A stretch of DNA of 64,000 nucleotides, from positions 397,544,001 through 397,608,000 of the forward strand of contig OZ024740.1 in NCBI GenBank assembly GCA_964016885.1, given 5' to 3'. Source of the stretch: Eledone cirrhosa (taxonomy: Eukaryota). Under the pieces are notes generated by a model. It searched no databases and had not been told where the DNA came from. It saw only the letters and a program-made list of their open reading frames with translations. The stretch's first letter is position 1. Every line of letters starts with the position of its first letter. This document shows, one piece after another, positions 36,121-49,382 of this stretch. The translations under genes and the position numbers were made by a program.

Positions 36121-36427
36121 TACCATGAAGAGAACCCTTACAGTTCTCCCATAGATTCTGACAACTATCAACATCACGATGACGAATCTAAATGTAAAGG
36201 AGAGATTCAGCATGAAAATGCAAACTCTGAACTAGAGGAAATGAGTCAAAATGGAAGTGCTCAGAATACTGAAAGTAGCCTTCAATTCGATGAAACGGAT
36301 GGTGAAAGTAATGAGGAAGTATGTCAAAGGAAACCTACAAACAAATTACTAAAATATAGTCCAGGGGTGTCACCTACTAACATGTTTGGTGGCAACAGCA
36401 ACTGGAGAGGTCCAATCTGGTTATGTA
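36121..36427 (+). CDS. GH63 YMR196W-like, exon 13 in window (with acidic insertion)
   Basis: ttttttAG / GTgagt; phase 0-1; YHEENPY...KYSPGVSPTNMFGGNSNWRGPIWLC (FGGNSNWRGPIW motif). Confidence 0.92.
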
Positions 36428-36889
36428 GTGAGTATTATATTTAACCCTTTAGCTTCAATAATGCTAATGGTATTTCATACATTAATATCTCCCATATATA
36501 AATGAAAGTTTAGCTGTCTGTGTGACAGTAAGTGTTTCTTTCTGCCATATATAAACTGTCAATATGGTTTATTGTGTGGGGGATTTAAATAACACTTTCA
36601 TTGTGACTGGCTAATGGATTTGTCAGTTGGGGTGTTAACTAGTTTAATGTATTAAAAAAATGTATGTATGTATGTATGTATGTATGTATGTATGTGTGTA
36701 TGTATGTGCATGGTGAGGTCGTCGGTGAGGAGGGTGATTTTGGACACCCTGCAGGATTAAAAGCAAAACCCATCAAAGGGCAGAGGAACTCAGGAGACTC
36801 AATGGCCATCCAATAATTTTTTTTTTTTTTTTTGTGGAGTGAGAGACTCCTAGTTTTCATTAAGACATTTCTCTAGAAGAAGGTCACTC

Positions 36890-38045
36890 TGATATAAAAC
36901 CTTTACAGTGTAAACTGGGCAGTTTTTATTATGTCACCAACAGACCACTTTACAGTGTGGACTGCATGCTTTTTGCCATGGCACGAAAATGACTACTTTA
37001 CAGGCTGGACTGAGTGCTTTTTGTTATGTTACCATCACAACCACTTTACAGGGTGGACTGGGCATTTATTGTCATGTCACTAACATGATCACTCTACAGG
37101 ATGGGCTGGGTGCTTTTTCTTGTGTCACTATCACAACCATGAACATCTTACAGAGCAGACTGGGTGCTCTTTATTGTGTCACCAACCCAGAGAGTGATCT
37201 GGATGCCTCCAGTCTTGTCTCCTGCATGACCACCTTGCAGATTAGGCTAGGTGTTCTTTTGTCATGTTACCTTACAGGAAGGACTAGTTGCTCTTTTGTC
37301 ATTAAACTTGAGCACCTTACATACTGGACTAGAGGCTTTTGTTGTGTCACTAGCCATTCCAGCAGCATTGTGGGAGAGTGTGTTCAGCTTGTATGCCAGG
37401 ACTGGTCAAGAGAGGTGTGCATCATATGTAGAAAGTGGGGGTGCATGTATGTAGGATGGGGTTTGGAGAGGTAGGTCCAGGGTAGGTTACTTAATTGGTG
37501 AAGGTGAAGGGTTAAGACGTGGAAGGAGCATGGAAAGGGGCACAAATCCAAATTGTATCTCATCTAGGTTAACTTGGTCCCTAATTAGCTGTGCTATAAC
37601 TCTTTCTGCGATATTCATGACCTGATCCATCAACTTAATGCATCTATAGTTTTCCCTGTCTAGTGCATCTCCTTTACCCTTGTAGCAGTTGACGATATTG
37701 CTGCTATACCAGTTATTGGGTATGGTATGACACCATTTTGTATTGATTTACAATACGAGTGGTTAAAGTGTAACCATCCCAGGTGCTTTCAGCATCTCGG
37801 CAACTATCCCCAAAGGTCCAATTATTTTGCCTATCTTCATATTCTTAATTGCTTTACTACTCTACTGCTGACTTGTACAGCCAGTCCCTTTGTTGGGTTT
37901 ACTTAGGGCAAACTATATTCCTCCCATGCATTCTCCTCATTCAGTAGTCTTTCATAGTGACACATCCATGCTCCTTTCTTTTCAGCATCAGTGAGGGCAA
38001 GTACGCCAATATCATCGTGGATGTGCATAACTGAATGTTCTGAAG
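36890..38045 (-). mobile_element. Degraded RTE fragment with internal deletion
   Basis: Similarity to RTE segments WKCHYERLLNEEN and CYKGKGDALDR, joined to a degenerate 3'UTR with ttacagtgtggactg repeats. Confidence 0.7.
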
Positions 38046-38080
38046 CTTCAAACAGAAAAAATTCTTATAACATTAATAGT

Positions 38081-38157
<77 letters not shown>

Positions 38158-38669
38158 GTTGTCCCCTGGGAGTTACGTTCTTAGAGCACCCGCAAAGAGT
38201 GACAAACCCCGAATATTGGACATGGCCCATAAAAATGCCTATAAACATCAAAACAACGTAAAATATAGGCTGGCAAATACATTATATTGTTATTAAGAAT
38301 TTAGCATTAAAAAGCGTAAAAAAATATATATTGCCATGAAAAAAGCCATTAAAAAATTGTGCAAGATATTTATGATTCTGCAAATATGCAGTGGTTTCCA
38401 TGAACAATTATTAGTTAGGTTCTAACGGAAATTTTGTGAATAACTGAGACCATGGAAGCCGGGACCTTGAATGCCAGGACCGCAAATGCCGGGACCACGA
38501 ATGCCACGTGTACACTGTATATATATTAATTAGCAGTAGCTAATTATATGCAAAATCTATATAAACTTTAGCTTATTCTTGCCTCAGTACCGAGTGTGAA
38601 ATCCTGAAACCCTAGTGTCAGATGTTCTGACAGAACTACTGAAATAGCTATGACATGATCACAGCTTAA

Positions 38670-38884
38670 CCCTTTAGCATTTGCATTACTTTATATTTAC
38701 TATTGTATTTTCACGGTAAAGGCTTTATCTTATATAATTACCTCACGTAATATCGAATCTACGAGATTTTGATGTCATTTATTTTGAGAACAATGCCTTA
38801 ATGTGGGTATGCAGTTACAGCCAGTTTGAACAGAAAGAGGTGAGAGAGTTTTGGCCGGATATGGCCGGTTTAAATGCTAAAGGG
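38670..38884. mobile_element. piggyBac-like MITE (second copy ~62925-63130)
   Basis: TTAA|CCCTTTAGCATTT ... AAATGCTAAAGGG|TAAA; homologous degenerate copy near 62925. Confidence 0.7.
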
Positions 38885-39094
38885 TAAAATAGTTAAAATC
38901 ATATATATATATGATGGTGATGTATATGTGTGTGTGTTTGTGAAGATAAGAGATAGAGAGAGGGAGAAATTGATTGGCATGAACTGTTGAAACCTGTGCT
39001 TCATAACTAAATAACTGAATAAACATTTAAATTTATAATGTTTGTGATGAAGATAATGACAATTTCTTCTTTTTTTCTCTCTCTCTCTCACTAG

Positions 39095-39274
39095 TGAACT
39101 TTCTGCTCAGTGAATCTTTAGATGTTTACTATAAAGCATATGGCGCTGAGTGCACTGTGGAATTTCCTACTGGATCAAATAAGAGAAAAAACTTCAGGGA
39201 TATAAGAAAAGAAATATCAAAGAGAATTGTTTCTATCTTCCTACCAAATACAGAAGGAATTCGACCTCTTCATG
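39095..39274 (+). CDS. GH63 YMR196W-like, exon 14 in window
   Basis: cactAG / GTaagc; phase 1-1; MNFLLSESLDVYYKAYGAECTVEFPTGS...RIVSIFLPNTEGIRPLH. Confidence 0.93.
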
Positions 39275-40199
39275 GTAAGCAATCTCATTTTATTTATTTA
39301 TTTATGTTTCTGTTTTCTGTTAATCTTTACAGTTTTCCATATTCTTTTTCACTCCTCAGACTTCACTTTAAAACATTTTAAAGAAGTTTTCCAAAAGAGC
39401 TTCCAACCCTCTAGAATCTCCTCTTTGTCCATGATTTACTTATAGATAACCTGTTTCACTATACCTATAGACAGCAATTTGACAGAGTCATTAGAATGTT
39501 GGATAGAATACTTTGTGGTATTTATTCCAACTCTGCACTCTGAGTTCAAATCCTATCAAGGTCAATTTTTATCCCTTTATGGTCGATAAAGAAAATAGTA
39601 CCAGTCTAATACTGGGATCGATTCTTCTTCTATATCGCATTATCATTTTCTCTCTATCACTTTCTCTCCTCTGGAAGAAATTGGCTGTGTCACTGCAGTG
39701 CCTCTACAACTCCACCAGGAGTTACAAGTCCATACATACATACACTTACTTTACTTAATAGATGACAATCAGTACTCTATTTGCTTCTGCCTAACTCTGA
39801 CAAGCAATGACCAAACATATCTTGTCTTTCCCATTCAGTCTAAACTTAATTGTCTGCTGGCTTCTATCTAATCTAGGTAATGTTTCCATTGCATATTTAA
39901 TTCTTTCATAACTTTAATGAAATACATACTCCTTATATGTTTCATTTTATTTCTATAATAAGTTAATGTTAAAAATCATAATTTATGAAATTGTTCTGAT
40001 TATGAAGATAATTTTATATCAAAGAATTTGAGGAGCATCACATAGGTTGGCATAAAAAACAGTTAAAGAAAAAGGATGATACTTAAACAACCTGTTATGT
40101 TTTAATAATTAACATTTTTATGCAGATGGCATCTTTGACCACTTGATTGAACCACCAGGCACCACACAAACCATTTTCACTCTCAGCATTTAAGAGCAG

Positions 40200-40760
40200 A
40201 AGCAGAAATTACTGAGCTAAACAGTCTCCACTCCATTTCAACATCCTCACTTTGTTCAGGGTGTTCTCTGAATTTGGATGCAATACTATCTGCAAACCTG
40301 TTCCTGACTTCCTTTCCTTATCTACCAACACTTCCCACTTTATCCTGTAGGTTGAGCTGGACCTGCCAGTTTTGTGGGCTTTCTTGGCTTTAGATAGCCT
40401 CAGGCTGCAGATAATTAGTTGGTGTACAGTAGACAGCTTAGTCCCTCTCTTAGCATAAACATCCAGCACAGATTCAAAGAGATCAGAAACAATAACAAAA
40501 TCAGTTATTAATCTCTGCCTCTGATTCCCTTTATACCATATATATTTATGGATGTCTTTGTGCTGGAAGGTGTTCTTAATAGAGAGCCATTACTACAACA
40601 GAAGTCTAAGGCCTCTCTATTCGTATTTAGATCAGGATCGCCATTCCTTCCAATCATTCCTTTCCAATGGGATCCCAATGGTGTGGCACCAGAAAAGACT
40701 GCAAAGGAGAAAGTGGGGATACTCATAAGCCCCTGGTTGTCAGATTGTTATGGAGTGGAT
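40200..40760 (-). mobile_element. Degraded LINE APE endonuclease fragment (RTE-like)
   Basis: IGRNGDPDLNTNREALDFC and LDVYAKRGTKLSTVHQL resemble APE motifs. Confidence 0.6.
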
Positions 40761-41022
40761 TCTGATAACTGAAATTAGTAAAAATTAATTTTAAAGAAAG
40801 GAGTAATAGCATGTAAATATGTTAAGTTTCTGTATAAATAAAACCCTAAACCCAAGCATTGAATGACATAAAATGAGTGATAAAAAAAAAATTGTGATTC
40901 AAATGAAATAAGTGAAAATAATAAAAATTATACTTTTTCAAATCATTTTATCTGCTTTAAATCATTTTCTGAATATATTTTCTCAGTAAAAATATATATG
41001 ATATTTTGAATTTTTTTTCTAG

Positions 41023-41116
41023 GTAATGAACAGCTATACCAGAAAGCTAATTTACGGCATCTTGTATTATTCTATGAATATTTCAATGCAGAAAATGGGC
41101 AGGGATGTGGTGCTAG
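41023..41116 (+). CDS. GH63 YMR196W-like, exon 15 in window (putative catalytic-base motif)
   Basis: tttctAG / GTgagt; phase 1-2; GNEQLYQKANLRHLVLFYEYFNAENGQGCGAS (LFYEYF.GD.G.G.GAS motif). Confidence 0.93.
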
Positions 41117-42159
41117 GTGAGTATATTAAAATAGTAATTATCTTTAAAATTAGGATGGAAGTAAGCTCATGTTAACATTTTTCTAATGTAATACATTGTC
41201 TATGTGTTTCAATTAATTTTGAAAATATTCAAGAATTTGAAGTAATTTAATAAAATTGCTAACTTGTGCATCAACTGCTATTAAATTAGTGTTTGAAAAA
41301 GAACTTCACAAAATGTTCTCAGATAAATTTATGATGGAAGGCTTAGTCCTAACCTTAAAGTGGACAGTTTGTATTAATGAACCAGAATGGGTTTTGGACA
41401 GATTATTATAAAAAGGAATCTATAATTCTAACTGTAGCTATTTCATTCCAGTTACATTATTTTTATTACTTAATCAGGAGGGAGGATGGCATCCATAGCC
41501 ATTTTCAAGGCTTCCTAGATAACTTGAAACTGGAATTCAATGTTAACACCATCATCATCACTGTTTAAATGTCTATTTTCCATGCTTGTATGGGTTAGAT
41601 GGATTGTCATGTACCATCGCTAGACTGGTCAGGTGACCACATCTTCCTCTTACACTACATTATTGGCTTGGTTTTCTATGGCTGGATACCTTTCCTGATA
41701 TCAACCACTTTACAGCATGTACTAGGAGTATTTTATTATGACTCCGGCACTGCAACTGTAGAAGGCTAACTGGGTGCTTTTGTTGCCTCACCAGCACTAT
41801 TACTTTAAGTAGTGTACTGTGTACTTTTTTCGTGGTATCACCTCTGTTGCCTTACAATACAGATACTGCCTTACTGTTTGTCTTTCATTCTTGCAGAGTG
41901 GATGAAATAGTTATTGGTCGATAAAATGAGAAGATGGGCAGCCAATGTAATTGAGTACACTGGAGGTTCCGAAACTGTGTGTTGTGACACTTTAATGTGT
42001 AGCCAATAATCACTAGGTGTGTCACAAAATGTTAGTGTGTCACCAATAATCTCTAGTTATATCACTCCATTTAAATTGAATCTGATCCATCTCTCTTCCT
42101 TTTCTACTCTATCTTCCCCAACAACCCCACTTAAGGGTATTTACATTGTACATTTTACC

Positions 42160-42283
42160 ATTCTGCTCTGAGGATACAGTGGTCACAGCATTGGATATTT
42201 GAGTTCTGCAAATACTTGTAAATTTGCACATAGCATAACTAGGCTGTAGTACCACTGTGGAAACATTTGTAAGCACACAGAAT
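42160..42283 (+). ncRNA. Type-I hammerhead ribozyme in the 5' pLTR
   Basis: Stem I tgct/agca; core CTGAGGA 42168-42174; stem II tacagtggt/accactgtg; GAAAC-attt-GTA, predicted cleavage after 42271. Confidence 0.82.
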
Positions 42284-45200
42284 AAATTACCTTTTTATGA
42301 TGTCTACCTGTTATTATTCATTCTTTATATACATTCCGGAATACAGAAGGATCAGGAACTAAGTTTCTTCAACAATTCTTCCATAACTCATAGAGTAACC
42401 TCTCACCGTACGTCAACCATATCCAGTGTAGTAATTAACCATTACTACATCTTGGATAATCCTATACCTAATAATCGCCTCCTACACAGTTGAGCAACCA
42501 CACCGACACACGGCATTAATATGGAAAGGCATCATATAGGTATGTCACTTAAAAACATATCTATACCTAACAAAAGGGAATATATTCTTAGTATGATTCA
42601 ACGCAATAACGACTTCATTCGGCGTGTACGATGGAAAGCTTTCCATTTCGATAAAGGATGCTCCAGTCACTCGTCTGAATCATATGGTTTTAAATCATGT
42701 AAAAACCCACCCACAAACCCTCATCTCGATGCTTTCAAACAAGATTTAATGAAAACGACCATGAACATTAAGTTCAACAAACAGAAATAATGAGCTTCAG
42801 AGCAACATGAAAGCACTACTCCGAAGATTGCAAAATACCAATGGAATTGTTGTGAAAGCTGACAAGACCTCTAACGTGTATACCATGGATATCGATACGT
42901 ACAATAACTTCTTACGCAACGAACTACACAAAAAATATAGAAAAACAAATGAAACTACGCAGCAAATATTAACAACGAGGCATATAAAGTGGTGAAGAAT
43001 CTCAAGATAGACGATAGAACCGAGCCGATTATACCCGCTACCCCCACCTTCAACCTGAAGGACCATAAGGTAAATTTTGACTCTAACCCTAAGATTAGAC
43101 TTATATGCCCTTCTAAATCAGACATAGGAAAAATTAGCAAACATATACTTGACAGTGAAAAAGAAAATTGAAATTAAATTATGGGGCAACACTAGCGAAG
43201 CAATTCGCTGGTTTAATAACGTTAAGAATAAGAATAAATCTAAGTTTATACAATTTGACATAGACGAATACTACTCTTCCATCTCACCAAGCACTTTACG
43301 TAAGGCCCTATCGTTTGCTAAGGTCAATTCCGACCTAACGGACCACAAAATTAATATTATTCTCGAGGCTAGAAAAACCATTATTAAGTTTGATAACTGC
43401 TACTGGAACGTAAGGACAGACCCACAAATTTCGACATTACCATGGGTTCCAACGACTCAGCGGAGGTCACAGATCTCGTGGGAATTTACATAGCCCACAT
43501 ATTACATAGTAAATTTAGTAATCTACAGGGGGGGGGATATACAGAGATGACGGGCTCTTATTAGTTAATAACTTAAATAACCAAAATCTTGAAAGGCTAC
43601 GGAAAAATATTAGAAAATCTTTTAGTGAACTGGGTCTAAAAATAACATACGAATACAATCTTAAAGTAGTAAACTTTCTGGACGTAACTCTTAATTTAAA
43701 TACCGGACAGATACGACCCTTCCACAAGATGAATGAGAACCTTACGTATATTAACTTTAACTCTAACCACCCACTCTCCATGATCAAATCAGTTCCCCGG
43801 AGTATTTCTCTTAGAAACTCTCGCCTATCGTCTAACTCTGATATTTTTAGTGAACACGCTGAATACTACAATAATGCATTAAGGAATGCCGACCACCGGG
43901 ATACAATAGAATACATTGATAGGAATTTCCATAACACACATAGCTCTACACGAAATCAAGGAATACGTAACCGGGGGACTAAAATACAAGCGCACACACA
44001 CAGTACTACCAGACACACTAATAATAGAAAATCACCACCAAATAAATTACGTTGTAGAAAGTATATCTGGTACTATCCTATTTTTAATGCCTCGATTAGT
44101 ACAAAACTATCTCTTTCATTCTTTAAGTTAATCAACAAACATTTCCCTAGTTCCCATAAATACAGCAAAATTCTGAACTCTAAAACTATTAGACTATCAT
44201 ACTCCACGGCACCAAACCTTGAAGCATACATAAAAAAACTTAACTTAAGGCAATTAAACAACTCTACAAAACAAAACATTTTAGTAACAGATGGGCAGAA
44301 CGTAATATCTGCCTCCCAACCACTAAATGGGAGACGGGTATTACACAATCCACCTGTACCGCTATCACAACCTATCCATGGTATACCTGCTACCCACAAC
44401 AAAGAATGTAACTGCCATCTACCTGAAAGATGTCCATTGAAGAATGAATGCCTAAAGTCCAACATTGTTTACCAATGCACGGTTGAATCGAACGACCAGA
44501 AATGGTATTATATCGGATTTACCACCACCTCATTTAAATCTCGCTGGTACCGTCATCGATTCTCAATCAAACATCCTAATCACCGTTTTGTGACCACGCT
44601 CACCAACAAGACCTGGCAACTCCGTGAACACAACCAACAGTTCACCTTAAAATGGGATATACTTTCCAGCGCAAGTGCATATCGGAGTGGATTGAAGTAT
44701 TGCAGGTTATGTAACCTTGAACTCTTTTACATATTAAAATCCCAAAACAAACTACTTAACGATAGAATTGAACGATCTTTATACTACAACCACAAACTAA
44801 AAGCTAAATTCTCTCACTATAAAATAACTTAACATTCGAACCCGTAACTATAACATCGCTTTCTTGCTAACCACCTTCTCTTCCCCCACACTACAAGACA
44901 ATACACTGCTTATCACTATAAATGGTAACTCAGTGCAATTCGTAGATTACTACTACAAACCCAAAGTTCACTCACCACATAAACTTCGTCTGTCCCCTCT
45001 CTACCTCTCTCTCTACATCCATTATACTCTCTCTCTCTCTCGCCTTTGGCCTACCTCCCTCTCCATATCTATGAACCTGCCCTCTGGGGCAATAAATAAT
45101 TCCGACCTTAACTATCAACGCATCTCTCCAAAAGTAACCAGTATAATAAAACCCCTACCATAACATTTTGATTAAGATATCTACAAACCACTCTCTCCTA

Positions 45201-45320
45201 CTTCTCCAACCCCTGCATATCTTTCTCTCTCTCTCCCTCTCCCCTACTTTTCTCTCTTCCTTTTCTACTCTATCTTCCCCAACAACCCCACTTAAGGGTA
45301 TTTACATTGTACATTTTACC

Positions 45321-45444
45321 ATTCTGCTCTGAGGATACAGTGGTCACAGCATTGGATATTTGAATTCTGCAAATACTTGTAAATTTGCACATAGCATAAC
45401 TAGGCTGTAGTACCACCGTGGAAACATTTGTAAGCACACGGAAT
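45321..45444 (+). ncRNA. Type-I hammerhead ribozyme in the 3' pLTR
   Basis: CTGAGGA 45329-45335; stem II tacagtggt/accaccgtg (one A-C mismatch); GAAACatttGTA, predicted cleavage after 45432. Confidence 0.78.
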
Positions 45445-45483
45445 AAATTACCTTTTTATGATGTCGACCTGTTATTATTCATT

Positions 45484-45525
<42 letters not shown>

Positions 45526-45698
45526 TTGATGTTAGTAAGGGCATTCAGCTGTAAAAAATCCTGGCCAAATTTACAGTCCCATCGGAGCAAGGTATGGTGT
45601 GGCCAATCCTGATCAGACTTGTCTCTTGGCGTGGACGACCCATCTGACCCATGCAAGCATGAAAAAATGAACGTAAAATGATGATGATGATAAAGATA

Positions 45699-45744
<46 letters not shown>

Positions 45745-45751
<7 letters not shown>

Positions 45752-45877
45752 AATGAATAATAACAGGTAGACATCATAAAAAGGTAATTTATTCCATGTG
45801 CTTACAAGTGTTTCCACGGTGGTGCTGCATCCTAGTTATGCTAACCATTACTACATCTTGGATAACCCTATACCTAA
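45745..45877 (-). mobile_element. Inverted partial pLTR joined to a short sense Penelope fragment
   Basis: 45745-45843 is a diverged reverse complement of the pLTR 3' half; 45843-45877 matches 42437-42472 in sense. Confidence 0.8.
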
Positions 45878-45890
45878 TATATATATATAT

Positions 45891-48292
45891 ATCATCATCA
45901 TCATCATCATCATCATCGTTTAACGTCCATGTTCCACGCTTGCATGGGTTTGGACGGGAGTTTTCCCACTTGAGTCAAGAGTGGTTGTCTTGCTCGCATA
46001 GGACTGTCTGGCGTGTTTTCTACAGCTGGATGCCCTTCCTAACACCAACCACATTTACAGTGTGGGACTGGGAAGTTTTTACCGTGTTGCCTACACGGCC
46101 ACATTACAGCGTGGACTGTGTTTTTTTGTCGTGACACCTACACGATCTCATTTGTTTCGGCCTGGATGTTGTGGCACCAACATAACTTTACATTGAAAGG
46201 GGCGGTGTGGATGGGGTGGGGGTGGTGGGACGGGGGTGTATTTTGTTAGAGATGCCTACTAACTGTAGTAGGTTTTACTTTGTATTTAGGTAAGGCGGGT
46301 CTTCTCTATTACTGAGTACCGCCAAAGATCTCGGTCCAGTGACATTGTCTTGGAGAGGTGTAAGTGTGTGAGGTCGGAATTTATCAGCTCGTCCCAGGTT
46401 TTTCTGGGTCTGCCTACTCCGTGGCTACCATCTATCTTTATTGCCCTGCACTTTGTTATACAGCTGTCGTCTTTCATGCGCATCACGTGACCATACCAAC
46501 GTAGCCTTCTCTCGAGTAAACAACATCTGATCCCTCTTATTTCTAATTTTTTCCTTAGTTCGTTTATGCTTTGCCGTTCACGTATATTACTATTACACAT
46601 CCAGCGGAGCATGCAAGCTTCGTTCCTCTCTAGTCTGCGTATATCCTCTGCACACAATGCCCAGGTCTCACTGCCATGCAACATTGCTGTTCGTATGCAG
46701 GCATCATACAACCTGCCTTTCATTTTTAGGGAGAACCCTTTAGCGGCTAATAGTGGTATAAGCTCTCTGAACTTTTTCCATCCAGTTCTGACTCTAGCTA
46801 CTGTACTTTCAGAGCACCCTCCCCCACTGCTGATTTTGTCACCCAGGTAACGGAAGCTGTCCACTATTTCTATAGAACCCTCTGCGCAATTGAAAGAGCT
46901 AGTATTTTGTGGGCACTTGCTGCTACTTATTGCACCAGAGCACCGGCCACATGTAAAATCTGTGTTCTTAGTTAGCTTACCTGTGATCCCACTACATCTT
47001 TTATGCACCCATACTTTGCATTTGGGACATAAAATGGAGTTTCTACCTACGCCTTTCCTACACACTGAGCATGGCCATTTCCCGGAAGGGACCAGCGCCT
47101 TATTTTCTTTCCTACAAACTAGAACTTTAGTCTTAGCCAGGTTAATTTTAAGGCCTTTTGATTCTAGGCCGTGCTTCCATGTTTGGAATTTCTTCTCTAG
47201 CTCGGCCATTGATTCGGCTATGAGCGTTAGATCATCTGCGTATAGGAGTTCCCATGAGCAGCCGGTCTTGAACTCCTCTGTTATAGCCTGAAGGGCAATA
47301 ATAAATAGTAGGGGGTTAAGAACAGAGCCCTGATGGACACCAACTTTTACGCTAAACTCTTCACTATATTCGTTGTTAATTCTAACCTTGCTGACTGTTT
47401 CTTTATACATGGCTTGTATAGCTCTCACAAGCCATTCGTCAACGCCTAGTTTTCTAAGCGCCCACCAGATAATGGAACGGGGGACTCTGTCGAAGGCTTT
47501 CTCCAAGTCGACAAAAGCTAAGTATAGGGGTTTACTTTTAGCCAGGTACTTCTCCTGTAGTTGTCGTACAATGAAAAGAGCGTCTGTGGTACTTTTGCCT
47601 GACACAAACCCGAACTGCATTTCATCTAGATCAATTCTCTCTCTGATTAGTTGTGCTATTACTTTTTCCGTGACCTTCATGACCTGGTCGATTAATTTAA
47701 TGCCTCTATAGTTACTCCTATCTAGGGCGTCTCCTTTACCCTTGTAACAGTTAACGATGATGCTGCTATGCCAGTCCTTCGGAACAACCCCATTCTGTTT
47801 GACTTGGTTTACTATCCGGGTGACCATGGTGTGTCCCACCGTTCCAGAGGCTTTCAGCATCTCAGCAACTATTTCCGAAGGCCCAGCCACCTTACCCGTC
47901 TTCATATCTTTGATTGCCTTACTTATTATACTACCTTCGACTAACACTGCTGGTCCCTCTATTGGGTCGATGTGGGGGAGACTGTCTTTCTCCCATTTAT
48001 TCTTCTCATTTAGTAGCCTTTCGTAGTGACACTTCCAAGCTACCTTCTTATCAGCGTCAGTGATGGCAAGTACGCCGTCATCATTAAGTACACACTTCTC
48101 CCTGACAATATCATGGTTTTCCTTGACACATTGTCTAGCAATCCTGAACACCTCACGTTTTTGGTCCTTGCATTGTAGAACATGCTTGAACTTTCTTTCC
48201 TCTACTTCCCTTCTTGCGAAGTAGACTTGTCTCCTAGCTTCCCTCCTGGCCACTTGATAGCCTTCTCTACTTCCCCCATCCCGCCATGCTTT
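45891..48292 (-). mobile_element. 5'-truncated RTE family A with uninterrupted 655-aa RT ORF
   Basis: ORF 46286-48253 nearly identical to the 14.5-16.5 kb copy; (GAT)n tail. Confidence 0.95.
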
Positions 48293-48349
48293 TATATATA
48301 TACAGTTTACTCAGCTGTAGAAATGAGATGATAGGGACTGGGGTCCATA

Positions 48350-49029
48350 TCATTCCACTGCAAAGTGGTCGTGGAGGTGCCACGGCAAAAAAGCACCCAG
48401 CACTCACTGTAAATGAGGTTGGTGTTAGGAAGGGCATCCAGCTGTAGAAATCAAGCCAGAATCAGTTCCCGTCCCACCCTTGCAAGCAGGGAAAAAGCGG
48501 ACGTAAAATGAAATGATGATGAAATGATGATAAATATTTACACATGCACCAATTAAACAAAGTCACAGGTATATATGTGTTTTGGCAACTTTTCACGATG
48601 TGGCTCAATGGAGAATTAATAAATTAATCAGAGCAAAATATTATAGAGTAAAGCATGTCCAGAGAATTATTTGATAATATATATATATATACACATGTAC
48701 CCGACCTCCCATGGGTACAAGCTGAAGCATATAGACAATATGCCCCCACATCCTCCCACTGCAAGGTGGTCGTGGAGGTGCCACGGCAAAAAAGCACCCA
48801 GCCCACACTGTAAAGTGGACGTGTAGGCGCCACGGAAAAAAGCACCCAGCACTCACTGTAAATGAGGTTGGTGTTAGGAAGGGCATCCAGCTGTAGAAAT
48901 CAAGCCAAATCAGTTCCTGTATGAGCAAGGCATGGTCAGCCGACCAGACACTGCCCACAACAGGACAACCCGTCTAACCCATGCTAGCGTGGAAGAACGG
49001 ACATAAAACGGTGATGATGATGATGATGA
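48350..49029 (+). mobile_element. RTE 3'UTR-only fragments (family C at 48698-49029; chimeric piece at 48350-48530)
   Basis: 48698-49029 is a near-exact reverse complement of 22906-23236; both pieces end in (GAT)n. Confidence 0.8.
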
Positions 49030-49335
49030 CATCATCTCTACTCCCAATCAGCATAATTAACCACACAAAAAATCAATTAGACCAGGCTATAAGAATAAAA
49101 GGCATCTATGAAGAAACAGTAAATAAATACGCCATTGTGGCGTCTTCGCGTGCAACCACCATAGAGTATTTACCCAACATTTCAACAGCACGTGGAAATT
49201 AATTAAATATACGGTCAACCATACATAATTAGGTAAAAATTAATGTTAGAAATGCTTATATACATACCAGGATTAAATCACTAAATCCCGATGATGTATA
49301 TATATTATCAAATAATTCTCTGGACATGCTTTTCT

Positions 49336-49382
<47 letters not shown>

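Larger units (their letters stand above)
42090..45492 (+). mobile_element. Penelope-like element (RT, CxC..C..C linker, C-terminal GIY-YIG; Neptune/Nematis-like layout) with direct ~242-bp pLTRs; frameshifted
   Basis: pLTRs 42090-42331 and 45251-45492; peptides SLKNISIP...RRVRWKAF, KADKT, LKDHK...RLICPSKS, FDIDEYYSSI, YRDD (~43540), NFLDVTL, NHP, NIVYQC...YYIG.T...FKSRWYRH, CRLCNLE. Confidence 0.93.

Noticed and set aside
35824-36213. Poly-K, poly-F and poly-S ORFs
   Set aside because: Translations of the (TTC)40 microsatellite.
38155-38518. Tigger/pogo-like MITE (CAG...CTG-TA with gggacc..gaatgcc repeats)
   Set aside because: The two ends match too poorly to define TIRs by eye; left uncalled.
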